Assembly: GCA_011390245.1 (NCBI GenBank)
Contig: JAABSR010000002.1
Coordinates: 1 to 53,294, forward strand
Length of the DNA stretch: 53,294 nucleotides
Origin: Campylobacterales bacterium
GTDB taxonomy: Bacteria > Campylobacterota > Campylobacteria > Campylobacterales > JAABSR01
Direction: 5' to 3'
Shown: positions 22,312 to 32,609 of the stretch, in pieces
How positions within the stretch are numbered: the first letter of the stretch is position 1
How the letters are laid out: every line of letters starts with the position of its first letter
Translations under genes and position numbers: made by a program
The notes under the pieces: model-generated
What the model was told of the DNA's origin: nothing
The model's input: the letters and a program-made list of their open reading frames with translations, nothing else
Database searches by the model: none

Positions 22312-24285
22312 ATGATAGATGAAAATCAAGAAAGAGATATGACAACGGAAAATCAACAAGAGAACAAAAATGATCTTGTGGAGTTTGAAAAAGGGAGCGA
22401 GAGAGCAGAGGGAGAGGAGGCTAAGGCAGGAGATCAAGGTGCTGACAAGAGAGATAGAAACAGAAAGCCTAGACCTCCTAGAGGTGCAAAAGGTAGTAAA
22501 AGTGATTTTCACAATGTGACAGGTTCACCAACTGGAATATACAGAGATCTCAAAAAAGGCGTAGAGGCAAACAACAAAATACAGATAAATAGACTAAATC
22601 CTCACTACAAGCTAAATCTCAACACAAATGCAAAAATAAGATACACACCACTTGGTGGCTTAGGTGAAATAGGCGGAAATATTGCTGTTCTTGAGAGCGA
22701 AAATTGCGCTATTATTATCGATTGTGGTATGAGTTTTCCATCTGAAGATATGCATGGTGTTGATATTTTAGTGCCTGATTTTTCATATCTTAGAGCTATT
22801 AAAAACAAAATAGTAGCTATAGTTATCACACATGCGCATGAGGATCACATTGGGGCAATTCCATATCTTTTTAAAGAGATGCAGTTTCCAATCTATGCAA
22901 CACCTCTTCCTCTTGGAATGTTAGAGAATAAATTCAACGAACATGGGCTAAAGCAGTATAAAAATCTCTTTAGAATCGTGGAAAAAAGAAGACCTATCAA
23001 GGTGGGTGAATTTGATGTGGAGTGGATTCATATCACCCACTCAGTGATAGATGCATCAGCTCTTGCAATACAGACTGAGGCTGGGACTATCATCCATACT
23101 GGGGATTTTAAGATAGATCATACACCAATTGATAACTTTCCTACAGATTTGCAAAGATTTGCATACTATAGTGAAAAAGGGGTAATGCTACTGCTTAGTG
23201 ATAGTACAAATTCGCACAAAGCAGGCATAACAGCAAGTGAGAGCTCTGTAGGACCAACTTTTGATAATATCTTCTCAAAAGCAAAAGGAAGGGTTATCAT
23301 GTCCACCTTCTCTTCAAATATCCACCGTGTTTATCAAGCCATAGAACATGGTATAAAATATAATAGAAAAATAAGTGTCATAGGTAGATCCATGGAGAAA
23401 AACCTAGAGATGGCAATGGAGTTAGGTTATATAAACATACCTACAACACATTTTATTGATGCACATGAGGTAAATAAGTATGATGATAGTGAGGTATTGA
23501 TCGTAACAACTGGAAGCCAAGGAGAGACAATGAGTGCTCTTTATAGAATGGCAACTGATGAGCATAGGCATATCAAGATAAAACCAACTGATACTATCAT
23601 AATCTCAGCCAAAGCTATACCAGGTAACGAATCCTCTGTCAGTTCAGTACTAAACTATCTACTAAAATCAGGAGCTACTGTAGCTTACCAAGACTTTAGT
23701 GAGATTCATGTAAGTGGACATGCTTGCCAAGAGGAGCAGAAATTTATGCTAAGGCTTGTCAAACCAAAATTCTTCTTGCCTGTGCATGGAGAGTACAATC
23801 ACTTGGTAAAACATAAAGATACAGCCATAAAATGTGGAATCCCAGAAAAGAATATATTTTTGATGCAAGATGGAGATATGATTGAAGTATGTCCAAACTA
23901 CATGAAAAAGATCAAATCTATAAAAACAGGTAAAACATTTATAGATAATCAGATAAATTCACAAATAGAAAATGATGTAATCATTGATAGGCAAAAGCTT
24001 GCAAACGATGGAATCGTGATGATAATAGCTCAAATTTCAGAAAATGATCAAAAGCTTATAAATAAACCAAAAGTCTCAAGCTATGGATTGGTGCCAGATA
24101 AAGATGATAGGGCGTTTTCAAAAGAGATGGAGGATGTTTTGATCAATTTCATGAAAAACATAAAACCAGAGGTGCTTTCAAACCATAGAGCTTTGGAGAA
24201 TGATATAAGACAAGTTGTTAGGAAACATATATTTAGAAAAACAAAAAAATATCCTACAATCGTACCAACTGTTTTTGTGATGTAA
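22312..24285 (+). CDS. rnj: Ribonuclease J with N-terminal disordered extension
   Basis: PLGGLGEIGGN, THAHEDHIG, HTGDFK, TGSQGE, HVSGH and PVHGE motifs. Confidence 0.96.
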   Translation: MIDENQERDMTTENQQENKNDLVEFEKGSERAEGEEAKAGDQGADKRDRNRKPRPPRGAKGSKSDFHNVTGSPTGIYRDLKKGVEANNKIQINRLNPHYKLNLNTNAKIRYTPLGGLGEIGGNIAVLESENCAIIIDCGMSFPSEDMHGVDILVPDFSYLRAIKNKIVAIVITHAHEDHIGAIPYLFKEMQFPIYATPLPLGMLENKFNEHGLKQYKNLFRIVEKRRPIKVGEFDVEWIHITHSVIDASALAIQTEAGTIIHTGDFKIDHTPIDNFPTDLQRFAYYSEKGVMLLLSDSTNSHKAGITASESSVGPTFDNIFSKAKGRVIMSTFSSNIHRVYQAIEHGIKYNRKISVIGRSMEKNLEMAMELGYINIPTTHFIDAHEVNKYDDSEVLIVTTGSQGETMSALYRMATDEHRHIKIKPTDTIIISAKAIPGNESSVSSVLNYLLKSGATVAYQDFSEIHVSGHACQEEQKFMLRLVKPKFFLPVHGEYNHLVKHKDTAIKCGIPEKNIFLMQDGDMIEVCPNYMKKIKSIKTGKTFIDNQINSQIENDVIIDRQKLANDGIVMIIAQISENDQKLINKPKVSSYGLVPDKDDRAFSKEMEDVLINFMKNIKPEVLSNHRALENDIRQVVRKHIFRKTKKYPTIVPTVFVM

Positions 24286-25247
24286 TGAATTATATAGAGA
24301 TAGCAAAAGAGGTTTTGGAGATTGAATCTAGAGAGCTTCTTTTGGCATCAAAAAGCCTTGATGATGAGTTTGTAAAAGCAGTAGAGATAATCTTTAATTG
24401 TGAAGGCAAGGTTATTATTACAGGTGTGGGAAAGTCTGGCCTTGTAGGGAGCAAAATAGCAGCAACTCTAGCAAGTACAGGCACTAGTAGCTTTTTTATC
24501 CACCCAACTGAAGCTATGCACGGTGATCTTGGAATGATTCAAAGAAGAGACACTATTTTGGCTATTAGCTATAGCGGAGAGAGTGAAGAGCTAGTAGGAA
24601 TCTTGCCACATCTAAAAAGATTTGGACTAAAGATTATCACAATGAGTAGAAGTATGTCCTCTTCATTAGCAAAAATGGGAGATGCCAATCTCTCCATAGA
24701 GGTAAGCAAAGAGGCGTGCCCACTAAATGCAGCACCTACTAGCTCAACCACTCTAACTATGGCTCTTGGAGATGCACTTGCTGTGGTGCTAATGAAAAGA
24801 AGAGATTTCAAAAAGAGTGATTTTGCATCATTTCATCCAGGTGGAATGCTTGGCAAAAGATTGTTTGTAAAAGCAAAAGATATCATGCAAAAGACCAATC
24901 TTCCCATAGTACATAAAGAGACTACCCTAAAAGAGGCGATAGCCAAGATGAGCGAGGGTAGGCTTGGCAATCTTTTTATATTAGACAAAGATGGTAGAAT
25001 AGAGGCGATTCTTTCAGATGGTGACCTTAGGCGTGCACTTATGAGGGATGATTTCTCTTTGCAAAAAAATGCTCTAGATTTTGCTAGTAAAAATCCACTC
25101 ATCTGCGAAGATGAGAATATGCTAGCTTCTGAAATATTGGAGCTTATAGAGGAGAGAAAAGTTCAAATTATTGCTATAGTCAATAGCAAAAAAGAGCTAA
25201 TAGGTGCTATCCATATCCATGCACTTGTTGAAGCAGGAATAAAATAG
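24285..25247 (+). CDS. kdsD: Arabinose-5-phosphate isomerase (KpsF/GutQ family, SIS + CBS)
   Basis: GVGKSG, EAMHGDLG, SYSGES, APTSST, FHPGG and a CBS pair. Confidence 0.92.
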   Translation: MNYIEIAKEVLEIESRELLLASKSLDDEFVKAVEIIFNCEGKVIITGVGKSGLVGSKIAATLASTGTSSFFIHPTEAMHGDLGMIQRRDTILAISYSGESEELVGILPHLKRFGLKIITMSRSMSSSLAKMGDANLSIEVSKEACPLNAAPTSSTTLTMALGDALAVVLMKRRDFKKSDFASFHPGGMLGKRLFVKAKDIMQKTNLPIVHKETTLKEAIAKMSEGRLGNLFILDKDGRIEAILSDGDLRRALMRDDFSLQKNALDFASKNPLICEDENMLASEILELIEERKVQIIAIVNSKKELIGAIHIHALVEAGIK

Positions 25248-25268
25248 AGAATATGTGGAGGATGTAAC

Positions 25269-25508
25269 ATGTTTGAAAAAATAGAGATGATTTTACGCGA
25301 TATCGAAGAGGCTAGAGAGGAGATTGCTATAGTTTTAAATATGGCAAATATCTCATTTTTAGATTATATAGAGATAAAAAGAGGCGATAAAGAGATCCCT
25401 CAAACGCTAGGAGCTTGGAATCTTAGTGCACTTGATGAGGAGGTTTCTAAGCTTAAAGAATCTATCTCAAAGCTAAACAAGATAAAAAATGAGGTTCTAA
25501 CTTTTTAA
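25269..25508 (+). CDS. Small helical protein, DUF2443 / H. pylori HP1531-like
   Basis: The MFEKI..IL.DIE...EI...EIKRG...EEV..LKE.I..LNKIK pattern matches the family as I remember it; SD GGAGG. Confidence 0.7.
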   Translation: MFEKIEMILRDIEEAREEIAIVLNMANISFLDYIEIKRGDKEIPQTLGAWNLSALDEEVSKLKESISKLNKIKNEVLTF

Positions 25509-25521
25509 GAATCTAAGCTTT

Positions 25522-26082
25522 TTAAAGAAGCTTTGAGAGTACCTCTTTTATCTCATTTGGATTTGTAAAATGATCTATCTTTTTAACAAACCTTCCATCC
25601 CTATCAAATATATAGATAAAAGATGTATGAGCAACAGAGTAGTCCATCTTAGAATCCTCTAAATATACTTTTTCATAATATGACTCATATCTTTTGGTGA
25701 TATCATCTAGATTCTCCTTATCACTTGTAGCACCTATAAATCTTTTATGAAAATACTTGGCGTATTCATCTAAATCTTTTAATGTATCACGATCTGGATC
25801 AACACTGATAAAAAGTCCCCTAAACTCTTCTAACTCTTTTTGACTAAACCCTTCAAGTGAATAGGCTAGAGTGCTAAGAGAAGTAGGGCAGACATCAGGG
25901 CAGAACATATATCCAAAATATACTGCCAAAACTTTCCCCTTGAAGTCCTCTTTTTTGATTTCACCATCTACACTAGTGACACTAAAATCATACTTTTTCA
26001 TCTCTTTTTGATTGTCAATCATTGGTTTTAGTAAAAATAGCAATAGCAGCCCAATAGCAGCTGCTACTAAATATATTCTCAT
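25522..26082 (-). CDS. SCO1/SenC copper chaperone
   Basis: FGYMFCPDVCP (CxxxC), ISVDPDRD, YSVAHTS (Cu-ligand His) and an N-terminal anchor. Confidence 0.93.
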   Translation of the reverse strand: MRIYLVAAAIGLLLLFLLKPMIDNQKEMKKYDFSVTSVDGEIKKEDFKGKVLAVYFGYMFCPDVCPTSLSTLAYSLEGFSQKELEEFRGLFISVDPDRDTLKDLDEYAKYFHKRFIGATSDKENLDDITKRYESYYEKVYLEDSKMDYSVAHTSFIYIFDRDGRFVKKIDHFTNPNEIKEVLSKLL

Positions 26083-26085
26083 GTC

Positions 26086-26553
26086 TTAGTCCGTCTCAAA
26101 TTTAAATCTAGCTCCTATTGCTTTAGGAAGCTTTTTTATCTCTACATCTGCATTCCATTTCATGTTGCCAACTGGGCATGTTGGGAGTGTTGCTCTAGTG
26201 ATATATTCACCCTCTCCTATTTTTTTGAAATCTAGCTCGTAGATTCCCATCATCATATTTGTAGCATAGATTGTTAAGCTCACATTTTCAAGATCAGATT
26301 TTGAGCTTTTTAGTCTAAACTCCAAAGGCTCCATAAGTGGTATATGTTTTGGCAAAATCTCTAGCTCCAAAATAGTGCCATCTTCAATAGTTACTTTGCA
26401 AGTTGAGTTTTTGAGATTGCAACTTTCATCTTGAAGCATGAATGAAGCCTGAGGCTTAAACTTCAGATATAGAGCATTGAAATCTACAAAAATATAGCTC
26501 AACAAAATAGCTAAAACTATAGAGATGGAGAGGAGAATCTGAAGCTTTTTCAT
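26086..26553 (-). CDS. Membrane-anchored Cys/Met-containing hypothetical protein in the Cu-chaperone operon
   Basis: N-terminal TM, C-x6-C, NMMMG and LPTCPVGNMKW; lies between the PCuAC and SCO genes. Confidence 0.75.
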   Translation of the reverse strand: MKKLQILLSISIVLAILLSYIFVDFNALYLKFKPQASFMLQDESCNLKNSTCKVTIEDGTILELEILPKHIPLMEPLEFRLKSSKSDLENVSLTIYATNMMMGIYELDFKKIGEGEYITRATLPTCPVGNMKWNADVEIKKLPKAIGARFKFETD

Positions 26554-26562
26554 TATCTTCTT

Positions 26563-27021
26563 TTAGTTCTTCATCTCTTTTTTATTGTGATGTTTCATGC
26601 CGCTCATGACATCTTTTATAGGTATCGTAATGCTCTGCTCTTCACCATTTGAAAAGCCTAAAGTTAGCTTCACCTCTTCACCTGCTTTGAGGGGCATTTT
26701 TACTAAATCAATAAGCATAACATGAAATCCACCTGGCTCTAAAATAGTAGTACTATTTGCTTTGATATCAATTTTTGGCACCTGATACATCCTCATAACA
26801 CCATCTTTCATATCATGAGTATGTAGCTCAACTATATTTGACGCACCTGATTTTGCCCAGATGAGTGCTATATCTTTATCGCTACTATTTGTAAGCTTCA
26901 TAAAAGCTGCACTATTTGGAAGACTTGGAGGGGTTGAACGAACATAGGCTTCATCTATTTTTATATCATTGGCAAATATGGTAGAAATCAATACCATAAG
27001 AAGTAGTAGGGTTTTTTGCAT
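26563..27021 (-). CDS. Periplasmic copper chaperone PCu(A)C
   Basis: Signal peptide from ATG 27021 (SD AAGGAG), SAAFM, ELHTH...MRM and PGGFHVML. Confidence 0.93.
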   Translation of the reverse strand: MQKTLLLLMVLISTIFANDIKIDEAYVRSTPPSLPNSAAFMKLTNSSDKDIALIWAKSGASNIVELHTHDMKDGVMRMYQVPKIDIKANSTTILEPGGFHVMLIDLVKMPLKAGEEVKLTLGFSNGEEQSITIPIKDVMSGMKHHNKKEMKN

Positions 27022-27061
27022 AAAAGCTCCTTTGTGTTTGTGGTTGCAATGATAAATCAAA

Positions 27062-27080
27062 AGTGTTAAAGGAGTGTTAA
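27062..27080. promoter_or_regulatory. Direct repeat AGTGTTAA-N3-AGTGTTAA (candidate OmpR/PhoB-type box)
   Basis: Exact 8-bp repeat with an 11-bp period in the divergent PCuAC/ovoA intergenic region. Confidence 0.45.
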
Positions 27081-27145
27081 GTCTATAAAAAAGCAAAGTT
27101 TTTTTATTTTTGGTAAGATATATGGCAAAAAGCAAAAGGATGATG

Positions 27146-29242
27146 ATGAAAGATTACATCACAAGATGCGTCTTATTGGACGAAGATAGGCCTAAAGAGC
27201 AAAAAAGAGAGGAGATTTTAGAGTATTTTTTGAAGACTTATGAGCTTTTTGAGAAGCTTTTTTTGATCTTTAAAGATGATAGTATCTTCTACAAACAGCC
27301 TGAACCACTTAGGCATAAGCTCATCTTCTACTTTGGGCATACTGCTTCATTTTTTGTAAATAAGCTAATAGTTGCAAAATTTATCGATAAAAGAATCAAC
27401 CCAAAATTTGAAAATATGTTTGCTATTGGTGTTGATGAGATGAGCTGGGATGATCTCAATGATAAAAATTATGATTTTCCTCCAGTAGATGAGGTCAGAG
27501 AGTATAGGCAAAAGGTAAAAGAGCTAGTGGTAGATTTCATAAAAAAAAGAGACTTCTCTATGCCAATCACTTGGGAAGACCCTATGTGGATTATTTTGAT
27601 GGGGATTGAGCATGAAAAAATTCATATTGAGACCTCTTCTGTGCTACATAGGCAGCTTGACATAGAAGATATAAAGCCAAGTAGCTTTTTTTTGGAGTGT
27701 GAAGAGTATAGTGATATTTACCCTACAAATGAACTACTTCCTGTAAGTGGAGGAAAAGTAAGACTTGGAAAATCAAAAGATCATCCACTCTATGGATGGG
27801 ATAATGAGTATGGATTCTATGAGGAGGATATCGAGGATTTTAAGGCTTCAAAATACCTTGTAAGCAATGGAGAGTTTTTGGAGTTTGTAGAAGATGGTGG
27901 ATACAAAAGAGCTGAGTTTTGGAGTGAAGAGGGGCTTAGATGGAGAGAGTATAAGATAGCAGAGCATCCCCCTTTTTGGATAAAAAGCAGGGATGGATAT
28001 CTTTATAGAACCCTTACAAAATTAGTCCCTTTGCCGCTTAATTTCCCAGTAGATGTCAATTTTTTGGAGGCTGAGGCTTTTTGTGCATGGAAAAGTAAAA
28101 AGATAGGTAAAAATATCACTCTACCTACTGAAGCTATGTGGCATAGACTAAGAGAAGTTAGCGGCGTAGCTGATGAACCAGAGTGGGGAGAAAAAGCACC
28201 TGCAAATATCAACCTAGAGCATTTTGCTTCCGCTTGTCCAGTAGATAGATTTAGACATGGCGAGTTTTATGATGTGATAGGAAATCTATGGCAGTGGAGC
28301 AGGACGCCAATTGATGGATTTGATGGATTTGAGATACATTATGCTTATGATGATTTCTCAACCCCTACTTTTGATAACCGTCACAATATATTCAAAGGCG
28401 GCAGTTTTATTAGCACTGGAAATGAGGCTTGTAAAGATTCAAGATACGCTTTTAGAAGACATTTTTACCAACATGCAGGTTTTAGATATGTAGAGGCAAA
28501 AGAGCAGAAGATATCAAAAAGAGATTTTTATGAAAGTGATGAACAGATTTCACAATATTGTGATTTTCATTTTGGGGAGGCACACTTAGGAATCTCAAAT
28601 TTTCACAAAAGGTATGCACATATCGCTTCAAAATACGCAATAAATAGAGGTAGTGCTTTAGAGCTTGGCTGTAGTGTAGGAAGAGGTGTGTTTGAGCTTG
28701 CAAAGGATTTTGATAAAGTCACCGGGATAGATTTTAGTGCTAGATTTATAAGAATTGGGCAGTTTTTAAAAGATGACAAGAGGATAGGATATAGTAGAAA
28801 AATAGAGGGTGATATAAAAGAGAAAGTTGAGGTGAGTGCCAAAGATTTGGAGCTTGAAGAATCAAGCTTCTCTAAAATAGAGTTTTGGCAAGGTGATGCG
28901 TGTAACCTCAAACCACACTTTAGTGGATATGATCTCATCATCAGCGTCAATCTTATAGATAGAGTTTATGACCCTGAGAAGTTTTTACTTGATATGTCCC
29001 ATAGGCTAAACAGAGATGGAATCTTCATCATAGCAAGCCCTTTTAGCTGGGATGAATCATATACCAAAAAAGAAAAATGGCTATGTAGTGAGGGCAAAAG
29101 CTCACAAGAGAAGCTAGAGGAGATTTTGAGTTGTGAGTTTATCAAAATGTGTGAGCCATTTTATGAAGAGTTTGTTATTAGAGAGAGTGAAAATAAGTTT
29201 CAACACTCAAGATCACTCTTTAGTGTTTGGAAGAAGAGGTGA
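27146..29242 (+). CDS. ovoA: 5-histidylcysteine sulfoxide synthase / methyltransferase (ovothiol biosynthesis)
   Basis: DinB-like N-terminus (LRHKLIFYFGHT, FAIGVDEMSWDD), Fe motif HEKIHIE, FGE-like domain (YGWDNEYG, AYDDFSTPTFD, RYAFRRHFYQHAGFR) and SAM-MTase domain (LELGCSVGR, QGDACNL). Start is probably ATG 27146 after AAGGA. Confidence 0.95.
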   Translation: MKDYITRCVLLDEDRPKEQKREEILEYFLKTYELFEKLFLIFKDDSIFYKQPEPLRHKLIFYFGHTASFFVNKLIVAKFIDKRINPKFENMFAIGVDEMSWDDLNDKNYDFPPVDEVREYRQKVKELVVDFIKKRDFSMPITWEDPMWIILMGIEHEKIHIETSSVLHRQLDIEDIKPSSFFLECEEYSDIYPTNELLPVSGGKVRLGKSKDHPLYGWDNEYGFYEEDIEDFKASKYLVSNGEFLEFVEDGGYKRAEFWSEEGLRWREYKIAEHPPFWIKSRDGYLYRTLTKLVPLPLNFPVDVNFLEAEAFCAWKSKKIGKNITLPTEAMWHRLREVSGVADEPEWGEKAPANINLEHFASACPVDRFRHGEFYDVIGNLWQWSRTPIDGFDGFEIHYAYDDFSTPTFDNRHNIFKGGSFISTGNEACKDSRYAFRRHFYQHAGFRYVEAKEQKISKRDFYESDEQISQYCDFHFGEAHLGISNFHKRYAHIASKYAINRGSALELGCSVGRGVFELAKDFDKVTGIDFSARFIRIGQFLKDDKRIGYSRKIEGDIKEKVEVSAKDLELEESSFSKIEFWQGDACNLKPHFSGYDLIISVNLIDRVYDPEKFLLDMSHRLNRDGIFIIASPFSWDESYTKKEKWLCSEGKSSQEKLEEILSCEFIKMCEPFYEEFVIRESENKFQHSRSLFSVWKKR

Positions 29243-30378
29243 ACACCATCTTTGATAAACACATAGATAGAAAAAATACAAGATGTGTCAAGTATGATGG
29301 ATTGAAGCGAGTCTATAAAGAGGGTGGTCTTTTTCCGCTTTGGGTAGCGGATATGGATTTTGCTTGTGCTGCTCCAATAGTTGAAGATCTCAAAAAGAGA
29401 GTAGAGCATTGCATTTTTGGTTATGAGGAGTTGGGGGAGGAGTTTTTTGGTGCTATTGTTCATTGGTATCAAAAGAGACATAGTGTAGATTTGGAGGCTC
29501 ATAATATAGCTCATGTAGCTGGTGTGGTGAGTGGACTTTCTATTGCTATTGAGGCATTTAGTAGTGAGGGGGATGAGGTGATTATTCAGCCTCCTGTTTA
29601 TCATCCATTTTTTGGTGTAGTTAAACATCTTGAGAGAGAGATAGTTTTAAATCCTCTAAAAAAAGATGGTTCTAGATATGTGATGGATATAGAGAATCTA
29701 AAAAACATCATCACAAAAAAAACTAAAATAGTAATTCTCTGCTCCCCACATAATCCAGTGGGAAGAGTTTGGAGCAAGAGTGAACTAGAGGAGCTTGTAG
29801 AAGTTTGCAAAGAGCATAAAATCTTGATTGTATCTGATGAGATTCATAGTGATTTAGTCTTTGAGAGATTTACCCCACTTTGTACACTAGAAGATAATAT
29901 CCTTACTATCAACTCCCCAAGCAAAAGCTTCAATCTAGCAGGACTAAATACCGCATATGCATTTAGCAAAAACCCTAAGATCATCAAGAGTTATAAAAAA
30001 ATGCTAGCAAAAAGATCGCTAGAGGGCAGTAATAATTTTGGCACAACAGCACTAATTAGTGCATATAGCAAGTGTGAATTTTGGTTAGAGGAGCTTTTGA
30101 AATATATAGAGGGCAATTTTGATATGGTGCTAGAATCTCTAAAAAGCACAAATATAAAAACCTATAAACCAGAAGGGACATATCTGATGTGGCTTGACTT
30201 CAAAGAGACAAATCTAAGTCATGTTGAGATTGAAGATATTTTGCAAAAAGATCTAAAGCTAGCACTCAATAGCGGACTATCTTTTGGCAAAGATGGAGAG
30301 TATTTTTTTAGACTAAATATTGCACTTCCTAGGAATATCTTAAGAGAGAAAATAGAGTTGATATCTTCTAGATTTTAA
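29239..30378 (+). CDS. PatB/MalY-family PLP-dependent C-S lyase
   Basis: LWVADMDF, QPPVYHPF, CSPHNPVG, SDEIHSD, SPSKSFNLAGL (PLP Lys) and PEGTYLMWLD. The GTG start overlaps the ovoA TGA (GTGA). Confidence 0.93.
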   Translation: MNTIFDKHIDRKNTRCVKYDGLKRVYKEGGLFPLWVADMDFACAAPIVEDLKKRVEHCIFGYEELGEEFFGAIVHWYQKRHSVDLEAHNIAHVAGVVSGLSIAIEAFSSEGDEVIIQPPVYHPFFGVVKHLEREIVLNPLKKDGSRYVMDIENLKNIITKKTKIVILCSPHNPVGRVWSKSELEELVEVCKEHKILIVSDEIHSDLVFERFTPLCTLEDNILTINSPSKSFNLAGLNTAYAFSKNPKIIKSYKKMLAKRSLEGSNNFGTTALISAYSKCEFWLEELLKYIEGNFDMVLESLKSTNIKTYKPEGTYLMWLDFKETNLSHVEIEDILQKDLKLALNSGLSFGKDGEYFFRLNIALPRNILREKIELISSRF

Positions 30379-30452
30379 AGGATTTAGTTACTTTGATTAC
30401 ATTATTATCACATCTTTAAACACTGTTTTTCATGCTTCAGGAAGATTTAATA

Positions 30453-30461
30453 TGCTAAAAT
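30453..30461 (+). promoter_or_regulatory. Extended -10 promoter (TGnTAAAAT) for ppk1
   Basis: TGCTAAAAT about 38 nt upstream of the ATG, the typical Campylobacterota sigma70 element. Confidence 0.55.
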
Positions 30462-30498
30462 CACCACTTCTAAAAAAGTGAGGGAATGAGGGAAACTG

Positions 30499-32589
30499 AT
30501 GGTAAATTTAAAAAATCAAGAAAACTATTTCAATAGAGAGCTTTCATGGCTCAAATTTAACACTAGAGTGCTAGAAGAGGCAAAAAATACAAAAAATCCA
30601 GTGTTAGAGAGACTAAAATTTATAGCGATCTATGGAACAAATCTTGATGAATTCTACATGATAAGAGTAGCTGGACTAAAAAAGCTCTACTCAGTTGGTA
30701 TCACAGAGGCTGGAGCTGATAAGACTACGCCACTTGAGTTGCTAGAGAGCATAAGAAAATATCTTCAAGAAGAGAGAGTGATAGTAGAGGAGACTTTCAA
30801 AGATATACACAAAGAGATGCAAAAAGAGAAGCTCTACATAAAATACTACAATGAGCTAAATCAGTCACAAAAGAGGAGAATCCAAGAGCACTTCTACTCA
30901 CATCTCTATCCAGTTATCATCCCAATAGCTGTAGATGCAACACATCCATTTCCTCATCTAAACAACCTAAGCTTTGGACTTATAGTAAAGCTTAGAGATA
31001 CTGAGCATACTCATGAGATAAAATATGGTCTTGTTCGGATTCCTCGAATGTTACCAAGATTTATAGAGCTTGATAAAAATATCTATATTCCTATTGGTAC
31101 TATAGTTGGTGAGTTTATTCATGAGATTTTTCCAGGTTTTGAGATGTTGAGCTTTACCCCTTTTAGGGTCACTAGAAATGCTGATATGGCTATAGAAGAG
31201 GAAGAGGCTGATGATTTTATGGAGATTATGGAAGAGGGGTTGAAGTCTAGAAAAAAAGGTGAAATAGTAAGATTAGAGATTGGAAAAGAGGCAGATTCTG
31301 ATCTAGTGGACTTTATAGGTGGACATATAAATGTAAAAAAAGAGGATACATACGCTTATGACATACCTCTAAATCTCGGTGCTTTGTGGCAGATTGTGGG
31401 AAATAAAAATTTTGCATATCTTACATTTCCACCTTATAGCCCAAAAATATTGCCACCTCTTGATAATAATGCCAATATTTTTAGTGCAATAGAATCCCAA
31501 GATATCTGTCTCTATCACCCTTATGAATCTTTTGATCCAGTCGTAAACTTTATCCAAAGTGCCGCAAAAGATCCAGATGTATTATCTATTAGAATGACAC
31601 TATATAGGGTTGGGAAAAACTCCCCTATCGTAAAATCTCTCATAGAAGCTGCTGAAGATGGAAAGCAGGTTACTGCTCTTGTGGAGCTAAAGGCAAGATT
31701 TGATGAAGAGAACAATCTAAGATGGGCAAGAGAGCTTGAGGCTGCTGGAGCACATGTAATATATGGTATTCCAGGTTTGAAAGTCCATGCAAAAATTGCT
31801 CTAGTTATCAAAAGAGTCGGGGATGATTTAAGAGAGTATGCCCATCTAGCAACTGGAAATTATAACCCTGGAACATCTAGAATCTATACAGATATAAGCT
31901 ACTTCACATCTAGAAAAAATATTACAGTAGATTCCACTAGATTTTTCCATCATCTCACAGGATTTTCACGCCGTGCTAAGCTACATGAACTAGTGATGGC
32001 TCCTATGCAGATCAAGCCAAAAATAATCTCTTTGGTTGATGGAGAGACAAAAAAAGGAAAAGATGGCAGGATTATTGCCAAGATAAACTCTTTAGTAGAT
32101 TCTGATGTCATTAGAGCACTCTATAAAGCATCCCAAGCTGGAGTGAAGATTGACCTTATAGTTAGAGGGATATGTTGTTTAAGACCAAAAGTAGAAGGTT
32201 TGAGTGAGAATATTAGAGTCATCTCAATAGTTGGAAAGTATCTAGAGCATGCTAGAATATTTTACTTTGCAAATGCACATCCGCAAACATACTTCTCAAG
32301 TGCAGATTGGATGCCTAGGAATCTAGAGAGAAGAGTTGAGCTTATGACCCCAGTATATGATGATATTATAAATGATAAACTTTATGGCATTTTGCAGTTA
32401 CAACTAGATGATAATTCAAACGCAAAAGAGCTACAAAGCGATGGAAGCTATATAAAAATTTCAGAAAAGGGCACAACAAGCTCTCAGAAAATGATGGAGG
32501 ACTATATCTCTACAGTCTATAACTCACTCAAAGGGGATGAATCAAATAAGGCAAAAAAATTAGCTAGCAGAATGTTCAAAGAGAGTTAA
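30499..32589 (+). CDS. ppk1: Polyphosphate kinase 1
   Basis: [37 protein letters not shown] (phospho-His) and [15 protein letters not shown]. Confidence 0.98.
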   Translation: MVNLKNQENYFNRELSWLKFNTRVLEEAKNTKNPVLERLKFIAIYGTNLDEFYMIRVAGLKKLYSVGITEAGADKTTPLELLESIRKYLQEERVIVEETFKDIHKEMQKEKLYIKYYNELNQSQKRRIQEHFYSHLYPVIIPIAVDATHPFPHLNNLSFGLIVKLRDTEHTHEIKYGLVRIPRMLPRFIELDKNIYIPIGTIVGEFIHEIFPGFEMLSFTPFRVTRNADMAIEEEEADDFMEIMEEGLKSRKKGEIVRLEIGKEADSDLVDFIGGHINVKKEDTYAYDIPLNLGALWQIVGNKNFAYLTFPPYSPKILPPLDNNANIFSAIESQDICLYHPYESFDPVVNFIQSAAKDPDVLSIRMTLYRVGKNSPIVKSLIEAAEDGKQVTALVELKARFDEENNLRWARELEAAGAHVIYGIPGLKVHAKIALVIKRVGDDLREYAHLATGNYNPGTSRIYTDISYFTSRKNITVDSTRFFHHLTGFSRRAKLHELVMAPMQIKPKIISLVDGETKKGKDGRIIAKINSLVDSDVIRALYKASQAGVKIDLIVRGICCLRPKVEGLSENIRVISIVGKYLEHARIFYFANAHPQTYFSSADWMPRNLERRVELMTPVYDDIINDKLYGILQLQLDDNSNAKELQSDGSYIKISEKGTTSSQKMMEDYISTVYNSLKGDESNKAKKLASRMFKES

Positions 32590-32609
32590 AAGAAGAGATA
32601 TACCAGCAG

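Noticed and set aside
27022-27135. Overlapping 5' ends of the PCuAC and ovoA ORFs as listed in the track
   Set aside because: An artefact of longest-ORF calling; the SD-supported starts are 27021 and about 27146.
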